Shown here: positions 38,476-52,479 of the stretch, one piece after another | Position numbering within the stretch: position 1 is the stretch's first letter | Layout of the letters: the number at the start of each line of letters is the position of its first letter | From: Fimbriosthenelais zetlandica | Lineage: Eukaryota | Direction: 5' to 3' | NCBI GenBank assembly: GCA_977030845.1 | Contig: OZ365110.1 | Coordinates: 48,980,001 to 49,044,000, forward strand | Length of the DNA: 64,000 nt | The notes under the pieces: generated by a model | What the model was told of the DNA's origin: nothing | The model's input: only the letters and a program-made list of their open reading frames with translations | The model's database searches: none | Made by a program: the position numbers and the translations under genes

Positions 38476-40664
38476 AAACCGAGTTTGGCCCAAGAGTTTG
38501 CAAGTGGAATAAAGCAGGAAAAATTGCCAGAATTATGGTGTAATTGAGTCAATGTAGATGTTCAAGCACGATGGGGACGATCAGGCCCTCCCAAAGTGTC
38601 TTGAAGGGTAAGGATAGACATGAGAAGGAGTAATGAGGGAGGGGAGTAAGGGGAGGAGGAGGAAGAAGGTTCACTAAGTTCCGAGCTGCTCAGAGCTGCC
38701 AAAATCAGCCTTCATCCTCTCCCAAACAAGCATTCCACCCTGGCCTTGATTAGAATTGGCCGAAGAGTCCATTAGTCATTGGTCAGTCTTCTGATTGGTT
38801 CAACAAGGCAGCCAGTGTCTCCCTCTGGAGGTCAATAGGGGCTTCACTAATGATCAACTGATGGTAGGCTGAGAACCTTGGATTAGGGCCAATAAACTAA
38901 TGCACTTCCTCGCTTGTTTTCTTCTTTTATCGTTCAGTGAGTGATCGTTAAACCTACAGAAGTACAACCCACCTATCATGGTAGGAGTGTCACACATGGT
39001 AGCTTTCTCCTTGCTTTCATAGCAGTTAAGTCGGAATGTAAAGGTAATCTAAGTGTAAAGTGTACATGTACAAGTTATACAGGGTGGGTTCCTCTTCTGC
39101 AAACTGAACAATTCACTTCAATTATCTCTTTATATTTCTGACATTTAAAGGAAAATAAGCATTGTTTTTGACACAAAAAAAGATGATGCAAAAGGTCATT
39201 CAGAGACAGATACATCCGAACCAAGTGGCAAAAAAATGTTCGGACTAGCTCATCCAATATGAAAGTCCAACTGCGAAATGTTGGAAAGGGCCATATAAAG
39301 CTTCATGATGAATTAGATGAATATTCCCTGGACCTGGCGCATGCAATGAATCAGACATCCGTCCACGACTGTTAGAGAAGTTGGGAGGAAGCCTTACAGT
39401 CCGTGCAGGTTGCCTCTACTGGCTGATTCTTCCTACATGTCCATGACTTGACATCTGTTGCGTGCTTGCATGGATTTCCCTTTTTTTTCTTCCCCGTGGC
39501 ATTGTTAATGCTTGATGACAGCGACACTTCGAGCACTGTCTCAATAGTGTGCCCGTTGTAAGTTACAGACACTGCAACCATACCCCTGGTGGACGCCACC
39601 TGACACTATTAATGATGTCACTTCCTGTCATGTGACACAAATGCCAGTGAATCACCTCAATAAGATCCTGCTAATATGGAGGCCAATTAAGTACTGGACA
39701 CAAGTGGTCTCGTATCTAGTAGATTATTATAGATGTAAGCTTGGAATGATGGCAAGACAATAATATTTAAAGTTATGTGCAACGTGGGAAATGGCCAGTC
39801 AATGGTTACGTTGCAAAACAATGCTTTAGCCTATGGTTGTACAATGGCCTGAATGATCTTCATAGAAGGTATATGCTTCTAAGTGAATGACCGAGTGAAA
39901 AATGTGAATATCAAGATTATGTGAAGGCCCCTACTAGACTTAAATCTCAGCTTGGGACTCATCCTAGGTGCATGGCCACATTGCCTTCCATGCAGCAGGT
40001 GTATATTTTTAATGTGCAGATCTCAGCTATCGAACATATGTATACAAATGCCCCAGCACCACGAAGAGAGCAGCAATGAAAATATGTAGACAGCTCTGGG
40101 GATTGAACCTTTTGACATCGGTCTAAATAAGCTGGTGACTTATATTCATTGATACCATAGCAATACATGGACCACTTTGAAAGTATGTACATCCTAGTAA
40201 ATTCTATGTCATGGATTGGAGTCAGGAAAAGTCCATGTAGTTTGGCCATTAGGCTATACACTTTTCTCTTTATCTTCTTTTCCATACACAAATCTCTTTT
40301 TATCTCTCAGGAATGCATATTCAGGTAAAATAATTCTCTTATACCTGTATACATTTTTCCTCATAACATTGTCCCTGTTGCCTTTTCTACAAGGTGTCAA
40401 TATTGTCACTTGGACCACACCTATAGTGTCTCAGGTACAAAGGGTTTATGCCTTAGAAGTGAATACCTTGGTAAAATAATCGAGAACAAGGTAGATCTTA
40501 ATGATCTAGGTTATTCACTGGTTACCTTAAAGCACACACTCATAGTTCCAATAGGAGAATTATTATAGTAAATTTATGTAAAAAGTAATTACTCAATTTC
40601 AACATTAAGTAAAATTGACAAACCAGCATTCCAAGACACAAATATTCCTCAGGAGCATATATAA

Positions 40665-40909
40665 ATAGCTCCCCGATTTACTAATGCCATTATATCTTTG
40701 GATCTATCGCCTCACAGAGACCTCCATTCATCCATTATTCAATCCAATGGTAGAAATGTGCCGTGATAATCCTTCTTTAATTATACATGCCTTCGCACTT
40801 CTTTATAGGTCAAGCACCGGGCCAACTTTCCAATAGTTTCCCTTCCTACACGAGACCAATATCCCAAATCCCTTACAAGCTTAGGCTCAGAATAATATTT
40901 AGCCAATTG
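40665..40909 (+). mobile_element. Decayed L2/CR1-like RT N-terminal fragment
   Basis: IAPRFTNAIISL (IAP.LT.I+N.SL), followed in another frame by PSYTRPISQIPYKLRLRIIFSQL (PSNYRPISL+P++.K+LE+I++.QL). Confidence 0.55.
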
Positions 40910-42595
40910 CTCAATGTGCCAGCCGTGGCTGGGGATGATAGGAGTGACATGCCTGCCCATTGCGTCGCGTGTTAAAGCCCCACATTTTTACAGAGCCTTC
41001 ACCGACCTGGTTACATCAAGTGGTTAGGTAGAGAGTTGGTCACGAGAGGTAACAATAGGCAAAGAAGAGATATAATGATACTTACAATTAACCCAACCCG
41101 ATGGACATGTCTCTTCTTCCATTATAGAAAGGCAGCTCCAAGCACTGCCCGAGAAAATGGAGCATAGTTGGATAGGCATGATAGTTGGATAGCAGGATAT
41201 TATAGAAATGGATATATGTATACATGTATATGTATCCCCATTATCAATCGGAGAATGCTAAGTTGAGAATGAAAATATTTTTGGAATGCAAAGAACTGGC
41301 ATAAAGTTGAATATACCTATGTTCATTTGAATTGCAGATGAAATGATTAAACAAAAAATCAGGATGCACGAGGGGAAAAAATAATTATTAATTTTGAGTA
41401 GCTAGAATACTCAAATCCCCCTGTACAGATAATAACTGATCATGTTGGGTAATGTAAGAAAAGAGAGTCCATTGATCGTATTGTATGATCTTGAATTGAT
41501 CTAGGAAAAAAGGCCACGACCTGATCACAGGATTACATAGCGACTAGGACCTTATCATTCCCCAACGAGAATAGAGGATCTGAATGATATTCATCAGTTT
41601 CAAGTATGTATCATGCATGCAATGCACCTGAATCAATTGGTACCGGGGAAGGGCAGGGAAGGATGTACTTATATAGATAGGGGAGGGGGTGTTCGGGGAA
41701 GACTTGGCTTTCTTCCAAAGCTACCTGATACTAAAGGGTTCCACTGGATTATCAATATTAGGGTTCACGCCCTGAAAGATATCTCTCCGTAAAGTGGGTA
41801 ATAACTGGAAACCTAAACCTCCATTGCACCATGGATTCTTTTATCATGCTTAGATCTCTTCCTCCCCCCCATCAACACCATAAAAAGGCAGTTGAAAGCA
41901 GTAATATTTTCCTTTATACTCGGATCTGGAGAAAATGGCTTTTAACCTAGATTTTATGACAGAAGTGGTGAATGGTTAGGGAGGAGTCGGTACAGAAAGG
42001 GGGCTGGAGGGTTTGTGGGTTGGTTATATTGATAGTGACTATATAACATCTACATATATATATATAGCTTCTTGTGGTGCACATATGGTCGAAGCAAATG
42101 TTATAAAAACTGCTTCATCTTTTTGTCAACCATTAAGCTTTTTATTATTAAGTAAAGAAAGTTAAAAAACAAAAGGAAAAGACAACATAAAATAATGAAG
42201 ACACTTCACCATGTCTGAACTTTTCTTTCTCATCCTCCATTTTTAAACACTTGGCTCCTATCCATGAACTGTTTTGTTAAGACCTGAAAGCTTTTTTTAA
42301 ATATTCCCCAGAAAAAATCCATCCATTGTTAAAATGAAGGAATGCGGAGAGACAAGAAACCTCGCTGACTAAATCCAACTAAAAGACAAAAGTTTAAAAG
42401 AGATTAAGTTACAAGAGAGGACTTGAAGTAGGAGGGACACCTCAGGAGGGGAAAGCTCAGATCTTGGCTGACAGAGGGGATTCTCTCCTGGTATTGCCAG
42501 TGAATGGCTTAATCAATTGTGTTAAGTAGTATTATCAACACTCGAGGAGCCGCAAGAACCAGGTGTCAGGCCGAGCACCCGCTGAAACACAATGT

Positions 42596-43403
42596 TTCCT
42601 CGTTCTCACGAGGTTTGGGGCCGTGGCCTCATTGTTTCAGATGGAAATTAAGCATTGTTCCCTTCTGTCCTTCAAAACAGACCCCTGGATATGGGAACTC
42701 CTGAACACTGTAAACAACGGGCTCTTGGGGCCATCGCTCAGCAAGAATCAGGAAATGCAAATTCGTCATATCAGATGATTTTTGACATGATAACGTCATA
42801 ATGCATTTATTTCAGTATCTTGATTTGCAAAACACCGGTTGGTTGAAAACGAATAATGTCTCTATCCCATTTACAAATAGTTTCATGAATAATGCCATTA
42901 AGTTATAGTAGAATCTTAACGGTTGTTTACAGTTTCTGCACCGGTTTTTCTTAGCCTCGGCAAGATGAGCTCGGCAGGACTTCACATTGTGTCACTCGCA
43001 TCATGGCATATGATGGCGCTTAATGCCTGGCAACAGGCAGCAGTTGTATGTGCTCTGCAATGGGCCGGGTATAAGTGGAACTGCTGTCTGATCAAGATGC
43101 TTCTATATATGCTGACAATGCTTATTATATTCACCGCCTCACATATATGTCTCCAACATCTTCCTCCTATTTTGAATGTCATCCAAAGGATGAAATATAT
43201 CAAATTTGAGCTGCCCTGACTCTATATCCTGCTCATGGATATTTTCAATTCGGCAACAATGTGCATGGCAACCAAATAAATATGAGAGAGGAAATGAAAG
43301 AATTGGTGTTCCAAATTGCCCAATTTTTATCATTATCGACATGAATTTAATTCTGAAACTAAACAGGAAAACAGATGAAAATATTGAAACAATCAGACGT
43401 ACC
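42596..43403 (+). mobile_element. Decayed CR1/L2-like RT domains 3-7
   Basis: In order: FLVLTRFGAV (FLD++KAFD.V); WIWELL..VNNG..LLGPSL; IYADN (YADD with one transition, ~43105); LQ..L..KF; ERIGV; IIDMNL; IRRT. Confidence 0.55.
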
Positions 43404-44066
43404 TCTACAAAATCATTTTCAAATATATTAAATCATCCTCTTTTAAGGTGTTCTATGCTAATGCAGTAAGACAATGACAGGCATGTCTCATTCAATCAAA
43501 CCTTATCTTTACGAATTGTTTCATAAAAAGATATTTTTCCATTGCATATTTAATGAGAGCACCCTACAGCCAACAATTTCTGACATAAAGATCCAAAGTT
43601 ATGGTAATTAGATTTATCGTAAAGCAGGGAATCCATTGGAGTTTGGGAATGGATGATGGTTTGTTTTTAATGGGAGGACTGGGCCTGGCAATGAGGCGGG
43701 AGGCCTATAATGGCTCACCAGGTCCAATATTAGAGCACCATGTCGGCATGTGATACATACAACACATGGGGATGGGATTGTTTCCTATTGCCAATCGATC
43801 ATTGCTACCGTTTGCCTGGTGATACATCATATATATAGAGGCATGCTAGAGGCGACAGACAGCTGCTATCTTTGTATACAAGACAGACCAAGGGTAAAAG
43901 AACAGGGAACCTTAAGATCCGGGCCTACTATGCTGATTTCTCATTTGATGACCACCCTATATCTAATCACAGTGGGTAACCGTAACCCACTTTTCCTATC
44001 GCATTATATGGTTTACAATATATGTGTATAAGCCATTCTATGTCACCTCCTCCCCCACCATCACTG

Positions 44067-44090
44067 CCCCCACCCCCACCCCCACCCCCA
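44067..44090 (-). repeat. (TGGGGG)4, potential G-quadruplex on the minus strand
   Basis: Perfect (CCCCCA)4 on the + strand. Confidence 0.85.
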
Positions 44091-45523
44091 CACGCCACAT
44101 AAGCAGCCAAGTTTTTCTGACCTCCAAGTGAAGGCAGCCTGCCACATCGCCTGTCCCACGTTGTCATCTTGGCCCCCATCTACTATTTCACACGGGTTTT
44201 GTCCAGCACTTGCATGCACACGATTTCCCCGAGATATTCAATACTTCAATGGATTCTTCCACCTTTCACTTGGAATTCCCAGCCAGGGGGAATCCTGATG
44301 AGTCCCACTATCACGGCATCTGACAGCGGAGTTAGTTTTCTTTTTCAGTTTCAGTCCCACACACCCCAGTAGAGAATATGTTTCCGTCTCACATTCGCAG
44401 TTCAACATTTGCTGAAAGTGTAAAGAACCTCGGGCAAGGACTTAACCATTTCAAAGTGATAACTATAGTGATGGAGCCATTAAAAAGATCAAGTCGCATT
44501 CCAGTTAACACCAGTAAGACATAAGTCAAAGTAAAGAGGTTAATCCACTCATCAGAATCCCCTGTGCAGTATTTTTGTTGGGATTAACAAGTTTTTAAGA
44601 CAGCATCCTGATGCCAATGTTTTCTCGTTAATCGCCAACAATTCTCGCCTGTCGAGAGGACTTGCCTCTCATGAGGGTCGTATTAATAGTCATTCTCGTT
44701 GTTTTTAACTTATATATAACTTATTTTCCTTCTCACCAACTTACACAATGAGCCTAGAAAGAAGTCATTGACAAAGACTTGACAAGGACCTTCGTACTTT
44801 GCATGGACACTCAACCACTGGTGAAGTGAAGGCTCACCAGATCTTAGTGGTTTTTTGAAAGCAAATACTGCATCTCTGATTTTCACATTTTTTTAGGTGG
44901 GTATGTATATAATGGATCACATTTTCAAGTAAAGTTGGTTTAACCTGGCCTGAATTGGAAATGAACCAACAGTTATTCAACCACCTTGAGACTTGGATTC
45001 GGTGGAGGTGTTGTGTGGATATGGATTCAGTCGGCTGCTCTCTCTCTTTCCTCCCACGGAAAGGCCCTCAATCTTACACCACAGACATCTGAGGAACCAA
45101 GTGTCGACAATGATAGATGAACCTTGGCGCAATCCTCGAGTCTGCGCATCCGCTTTTGCCTTGGCGTAGCTGTAGAAGCGTCAACTTATCACTGAGCAAC
45201 GCTCGTTAGGACATCCAACCCCAGGTGCCGCAGCAAACTTCCGCCTGGCTTCTCTCGTCTTCTGGGTGGAGTTTTCCTTCCTTACATGGAAAGATGAAGA
45301 TGATAGGCTCTTCCTGGCCTGAGCTTTATGGCCAGAGTTGAAGAGAGAACCAGCAGGCCACTTCTACAAGCACCAAGCAGCCAGTGCTCAACCTGATTAT
45401 TGAAATCTTCATCTTCATGGCTACAGTATATAGACACACTCTAGCCTCTCTCTCCATGGCTGGTGATGGGGAGAGAGGGATGTCTCATGTCTATTGTCCT
45501 GGTGGGGATGGTCCCAGCAATCA

Positions 45524-45652
45524 CTCTGCTTGTTTATCACAATACTTGGTGCTGGTAAGGATACCATCAAGATGACTATCAAAGGAAGTGTTCTTCCTTT
45601 TGTGGCAGATTCCAATATTTCAAGGACATCCACGCAGCCCATCTCCATCCTG
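45524..45652 (+). mobile_element. Decayed LINE RT N-terminal fragment
   Basis: LCLFITILGAGK...KGSVLPF...TQPISIL aligns nearly gap-free with L..LFN.IL.+GK+P..WK.A.V+P+...YRPISIL. Confidence 0.55.
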
Positions 45653-47307
45653 CTGCTACTTCCTCCTTTAGCATATATCAAGACACTGGCGCCATGACAC
45701 TGCTTCAACTACAGCTAATATATACCCACAGTCGCCACTCCTCCCCCCATTCCCACCCCCTCCAACATTTAAGGCTGCTTCTTTCTCATTACCGAATGAA
45801 ACACAAACTAGCAATACTCCAGCACAAGGCAATGAAGCATTTTCTCAGTGGTAATCTCTGTAGGGGAGAAGAGAGGCATATTGCCAGAGCCAGAGGAGCC
45901 TAGCCCAACCCCTCACTTAATGCACCCATTCTATCCAATTATTGGCAACCACATTAGTGACGTCTCTTTAAGTGTTCTAAACCAGCTTCCTTCAAATAAG
46001 ACCGGGCCAAGATCTTTAATAGAGATTATTTCCCACAAGCCTTCTACGACCAAAATAGTAGCAGAATGCAAGAAGGGCATGGATTTATTTCTTCTGCCAC
46101 TCTGGCTACCATGTTCTCACAGCTTGCAGCACTTGTGAACGTGGCCTCAGGCCCCAGACATCTGTAGCTGAAAGAAAGACCAAAGAGAAGTCTTCATTCC
46201 CTCCTTCATCTCCTCCAGCTCACTCCAACATCAAGACAATCACTGTTATTTGTGGTATACAAAGCCTTCAACCCAATTGCCTTGACACTATATATGGATA
46301 AATGTGCCAACGAAGAGAGAAAAAAAGCATTATGTGCTTTTGCCATATTACTACACTCAATGAAATAACCAGAGCAATCAATTCATGACACTGATCTATA
46401 AATAGACGGGTATCTGCAGGGAATGGACTTGGTAGAGGTGGGGATATTTCTGGGGCGGAAGTTAAGGACATTACCAGATGCGTATGTCATTATGGCGGCG
46501 CCCTCGCACGTAACAAACGGCGGGCCTGCTGAGTACACGTGGGACATCTTCGGGGAATCGTCCACTTGACCTCAAAGATTTGCATTGAAAACAAAGGTCA
46601 GTGCCACCTGCAGCTGGTGGAGTGCCGGAAATGTGTCCTAACTTCCATCCGGCCTCCATGCATGTCTACTTATGCCTGTCGCCATAAATAAGTCAGCAAA
46701 TGTAACGCAGTACGCAAGCAACAAGGATATGAACTGGAGCAATCCAACCAAAGAACGGTTAGAATAAAAGCAGACCTAATAGATGCATAAGAGGAAGTCG
46801 AAACAATAATATTATTATAAATCAAGTTGAGAATAAAGAATGATGGTCCAAAATTAACTGAATGACAGCAAGGTAACCCAAAACAGCTAGAAGATGCCAT
46901 TATACAAGTACAGAGAAATGTCTTCTCTCCACACCATCCCCCACCTCACCCGCCCTGGGGTAGGCCTATATGTAAGAATAGATATAGACACTTAAAGTCT
47001 GCAATAACTTCTAGATAGTTCCACAGCCTGACCTTATAGTTCACCCATAATTAAGACTTCACTACAAGAAATAGTATTATTCTTCCTTAAATAGACTTCA
47101 AGAATCCCCTGGGGTGCTTTCTTTGCCATTCCCCCTGATCTCAAGTTGCGGATGCACTGGCTTCGCCGCAAATCAGTCAGAGAAGTGCTTCATGTATTTG
47201 AAGAAGCAAAGGTATATTGGGATGATCATGCATAAGTCATAAGACAGTTTCGCTCTCTGCCAATCTACCTCCGACCCACCGCCCCCATCCTCCAGGCTTC
47301 ACGACTC

Positions 47308-47325
47308 TGACGTCATGGTGACTCA
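47308..47325. promoter_or_regulatory. Adjacent CRE and AP-1 sites
   Basis: Perfect TGACGTCA (47308-47315), 3 bp spacer, perfect TGACTCA (47319-47325). Confidence 0.4.
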
Positions 47326-50300
47326 GCTTTTCCTCTTGTATCCAGATTCGGATGAAATTTTGAGACAGGAATGAACATTAATTATTACAGATTCAAGAAT
47401 AAAAATGTTATCAAATAATATTTTTAAACTTGTATCCGACATGCCTTTAAAAATATTTGGCCCCACTGTTTTGACATTCTTCAACTATTATTCATCAGCC
47501 TACAATTAACATCAAACCATGTTAGCTGTTAGACATAAGCACGTCTGTAAAAATATCCCCAAGACACTCTGGGCATTCCCGCAGCTTAAGCACTTAGGAA
47601 AGCTCGACAAACAAATGAAAGAAAATGAAGGGATTAGATAATGTATGCGATCGAATGTCATTCACCCTGACAATAATTTGCTTTCCACTCGCAGTGCTGC
47701 CCTCAAAGGAATCTGAGGGCAAGCGCTCAGAGACTATTTCCTGAAGCTAAGGACACACTTATGTGCATAAAAACATTCAATATTCCCTTTTAGTACATTT
47801 TGTGTGCCCAATTTGAAATTCGGCAGTTCATCAGCTCAATAGAAGCAATGAATACATTTCTTCTGCGGGCTCCACCGATTCTGGTAATAGAATAAAATAG
47901 GTCTGCCAATTTGGGACCACTTATACTTTGCCTCATGTTATTGATCACACCACAATGGACTTGTATTATCAGTCATGAGGTTGATATAAGTTCACCTCTA
48001 GACAGTGACACATTTAGCTGATGGAACCGACAGATCAGCCATAGATCTGCAGCTTCAGCCAAGCACTGCTGCTCATGCATGCAAGTAAGAGGCGGAAATG
48101 CATGTGAAACTTTCCTTATTGCCATAGCAGATAAAGCTCCCCATCCAGCTTTATTGGCTTCCTTGGCGAAACAAGTTTGCGAAACGACGGACTACTTTGC
48201 CCGCCCACCAGTGCCGGTTTGCCTTCCAAGATAGCACCAATCTAGTCTCAGAATAGCGCTTGGCTTTATCCACCTACTCTCAGACTACTTTCCATAGGCC
48301 ACCAGTGCCTTGGTTGGCCAATAAAAGCGAGGCTCGTGTAGAAATGAAATTCCAGGCAGCGTCGGTGGTATTAGTGCCCGCACTAGGTTATCACCCAGTG
48401 CATTGTGTGGCCTGCGCTCTGTGGAGCAATTCGCTTCCCGAGCAACTCTGGCAAGGCTTGGCTGTGTTAATTTAACCCCATTTTTCTCTGTCACCTGCTT
48501 ATCCCTGGCAGTCAGACTTAAGCAGGTCTAAGGAGTTGAAGACTAAGCCATCCATCATATGCTTAATGCAGGGGAGAAAAAGGTCCCAATGAATCCCCGA
48601 CACAAAGTCATGACAGGTGCGCAATTGGCTGGTGGTCTGCCAGATAAACATTACACACACCCACAATAGGTGGAGAGGCAATCGCCACGACTCCAGCAAC
48701 TCACAGCTGGCAGCAGCTCTAAAAGGAAATCCAAACGTCTCGCGCCCTAAACCTCGCTAGTCCTCCTTAAACACGGGTGTCATTCATCGACCACAAAATA
48801 CATTGTGCTCTAGGGGAAGGTGGGTGTGACTTGAGCTGCTCTGATGAGGCTTGCCTATAGAAAAGCTCCATCATTGATCTGGGCCAATATGCTCCTTGTG
48901 TGAAGAAGAACTATTTCCCCCTTCCTGATTCTCTTCCTTTTACTATTGCTAAAGTGTTTATTTCAATTCCCTTTCACCATCTCTCTCCAGCACACAGTGT
49001 TTTTATCTAGTAATTTGCGGCAGTTTTTGATACCTGGATTTGTGTTTTGTGTCTGGATGAATGACTGGTTATTGCCTTTACAGAGCAATAATGCCGAGCT
49101 GGCACAGGTGTAATATTAATACAAACTTTTATCTCAGAGATAAACTGGTTAGATGTTTCTTTAAGCCATTCAGGACAGAAATTGTGGACCTATTATAATT
49201 TGCCCTCTGAGGACAATTATCTACAGAGATATGCATAGAAGTACTTGACTTTGATGGGAGGTCTGTTATGTTGGTTATCTATTTTAGCCATTGATGCACC
49301 AATCCAATGCTGAATCAGCTTGGTGTACATACACCCTATTAGACTCCATCCTATAGCTTCATAACGCTACCTTACCCTAATGACAACATACAGCACTAAC
49401 CATCTTCATTAGCTTAATGAAAAAGGTGGCGGGCAGGTGATTAATTCCTCCCTTTTTTATAATCAAAAGGGGGCGTAGTATTGTGGGCACTGACTCTAAT
49501 TAGAAAGCTGAATTAGTTATACCCCCCCAACATGATTGATAGCCATAAGGGAGGGAGACAAACTTGAAACGAGCCATCTTGGCTCAACCTTCTAATCATT
49601 GGTCTTAATTACTTGGTCCACTACTGTTTTAATCGTTTGATCAGGCGTGGTTGGATCACCAGCCTCATGTTCAGGTCTGTTGGCTTGCTCCGCCGCCATC
49701 TCCCACTCCGCGGGCATCGCTCCACCACCGCCACCACCTTAACTCTTCCCTCTGTTCCCACCGTCTGCAATATTCATGAACGTGATACTGCCAGCTAAAT
49801 CTGAATATTTCTCTCAAAATAAAATTCTTTTTTTCTATGGATTATGATGAATTACACCCATTTTGATGCATTAGCAGTGCATAACACACTGGAATTTGAC
49901 AACATAAAATGTGACTAAAAAGTGTTAACAGCACTGAAGTTTCTTCAGTCCTGTTGCTTCTGAAAAGCACCAAATCTGATCAGGGGGAAAGGCTTTTTTC
50001 CCGGGCACATCACCAGAAACAGATGAGATTTTTTGGGGCCTAATTATTCTTTCTGCACCTGGAGGGATGGTTGTTGTGCTGAGCGCCAGGACACTGGAGT
50101 CGGGAGACAATCTGTTAATACCTGACAGGATGATGCATGGAGCATCTTAAGCCTGCAGGCCGTAATGGCCGAAAATTGGGTGAAATTCCTGTTTGTAGGT
50201 GTGAGTAGAAGTTTGGGGGGTGTTTGTCCAGGCTCACTGTGGGTTGTTTCCACACTGATTACATGATCTCATCCATCTCAGACCCTGGACCCTGAACCCG

Positions 50301-51829
50301 GGTCTACTGAATTAATCAAAGGCATCCAGAGGCATGGAAAAACAATGAACTGCGAGATGTGATTGGAATGATAATGGAGTTTAAGGGGAGAATCTTGCTC
50401 AATTACCATGCAAAGAAAGAGGGCCATCCATTTACTACTATTTCTACTATCAATGGGAATTTATTAGGAAGGACAAAACATCATCACAATGAAAAGCAAA
50501 GGAGTGAAAATTAAGAAGTGTAAAGCCAATCTGAAAGCCAGGGATATTTATCTGCCTGTATACATTTCAGTGTCAATCAAATTACTCTGGAATTCTGTAG
50601 TCCATCGTAAACAAGAATTTCCAAAACTGGTTGTCTCGACAAAAGTTGGGTTGCTCAACTGATTTACCATTAAAAATGTTTTTGTCCATTGGGCCAAAAA
50701 GGTCAAAATGGGTTGCCCAACAGATATTATAAGCCTAGGCCTAATTTAGCCTTTCAAGGTTGCTCGCTTGGGCAAGCCATGGATTTATGCATGTGTCCAA
50801 GAAAGGGGATCTTTATAGTATAAACTTATGAAATGGCAAAGTCGGGACCAGCTGCAGAAGAAATGTTATAACGAGCAATTTAAGTGGATTTTATAACAAC
50901 TATATATTTCTGCGGCGTTAATTATATATTGCTAATCATGCCCTGGTCTCCAGTCTCCACATTCACGACACAATATTCATGAGGGAGCGCATCTAGGCAG
51001 CCGGGGCCTGAGCTTGGCCGTCCTGACGTACAAACTAGCAAGAGTCCAATTAGTGTCCCCTGCCATCCCCAGCAAACAGCTCATGCCTTTAATATCGCCC
51101 AGAAGGGCATCTGAATCACTTATGTGATACGTGAGTAAGTGGAGTAAAATACGGACCGAGTACTCCATGTTTGTGGATGGTCGTAGAATGGTGCTTTGAT
51201 CACAGACACGAGCCATTAACATACAAGTCTCCAGCATCGCCACCAGCCCTTCTTGACTTCATGTGTTCAACCTGAGCATACACTTCAAAGACTAATTATT
51301 CATATGACAACGGCCTATCATTTGACATAGGTCTCAATGGTCTCTATGGAGACCGTATGGAGATTTGAGCTGGAAGATTCAGTTATAAGAGAATATTACT
51401 TCCTGCTTCAAGATGGCCCGCATCAAAGAGGATAAAGAAGGAAAAGTTTGAATGAAAAAAAAATTTCAGGCTTTTAAACCAATCATTCATAACAAACATT
51501 GCCTCTTGATAGCAATGCCCGGATGGAAAGGAAGATGTGAAGGATTTGAAAATCTGCAGGGAAATCTAGAATTAGAAAAGCATTTGGAATGCATGAGATC
51601 TCCTCTAACTCTAAGTGTTTGACCCATAAGCTGCGGTAAAAAAGTTACATAAATACATTTCAGTAAGATTGCTTCATCTCTTAGATCTCATCTAACGAAA
51701 AGGGGGAAGGGCCGAATCTCACATTCCTTTTAGAATACCAAGAATTCTGTCTCTGTGAACCCCAAGGGAGATGTGCTGATCCACATGAGGGGCTGGTCTG
51801 GGTACACAGGTCCGCCTGGCCCTGGTTAT

Positions 51830-52190
51830 CTGGTTTCATATGGCCCGGTATGCCAGGCAGGAAGCCTAGGCAGCCCTATCCCGAACAGCCAATCGACCCA
51901 TGTCTGCCTTTCTCACAGACATTTGACTTTGGCCTTTCACTGCCTGACCTTGTCCCCCACTGGTTGATTCCATTCTTAGATGAACATCGAGGGAGGCTCA
52001 TTTCACTAAGACCACCAGAGCCAGGTGGCTTATGCTAAACTTTCCAATCAGCAGGATCGATTTCCTCATAACCACATGAATGGACCTGCGGACCTCCTGG
52101 AGAAGCCAGGAATCCTTGATGATATTTCCACCGCCTGGAACTATCACCCAATGAAGCTGTCCACGATAGTGGTGGCTCCGTATCTTAAGG
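51830..52190 (+). mobile_element. Decayed CR1/L2-like RT domains 2-6
   Basis: DPCLPFSQTFD (D++YLDFSKAFD); HWLIPFLDEHR (WI..FL..R); after a frameshift LLEKPGILDDISTAWNYHPMK (LLQ.DL..LE+WS..W.+.FHP.K). Confidence 0.6.
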
Positions 52191-52479
52191 GACAAAACTA
52201 CTGCAGCTGTATCATTTGAAAAGAAATGCTCACATAGATATGAGAGAATAGTGAAATAGGGCCATGTTTTCCCCCCTGCCTCTTTTCACAGAGACTCGGC
52301 CGCCAAACACCTCATCTCTTGCTCGGTGAAGGCCGCGGCTTTCCTTCCCGCTGCACATGCTAACTTGTGTCAACCTTATAAATGTCGTTTTCACCCCAAA
52401 TGCACCCAGTCCGGATGAGGCTTGTGTGATCTTGGCGAGTCAATTTCCCTCCTTACTGCGCCGCTCAGGTCGAGCTCAC

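Noticed and set aside
47140-47235. LRRKSVREVLHVFEEAKVYW, loosely like a DNA-transposase N-terminus
   Set aside because: Only about 30 aa with no collinear continuation or TIR.
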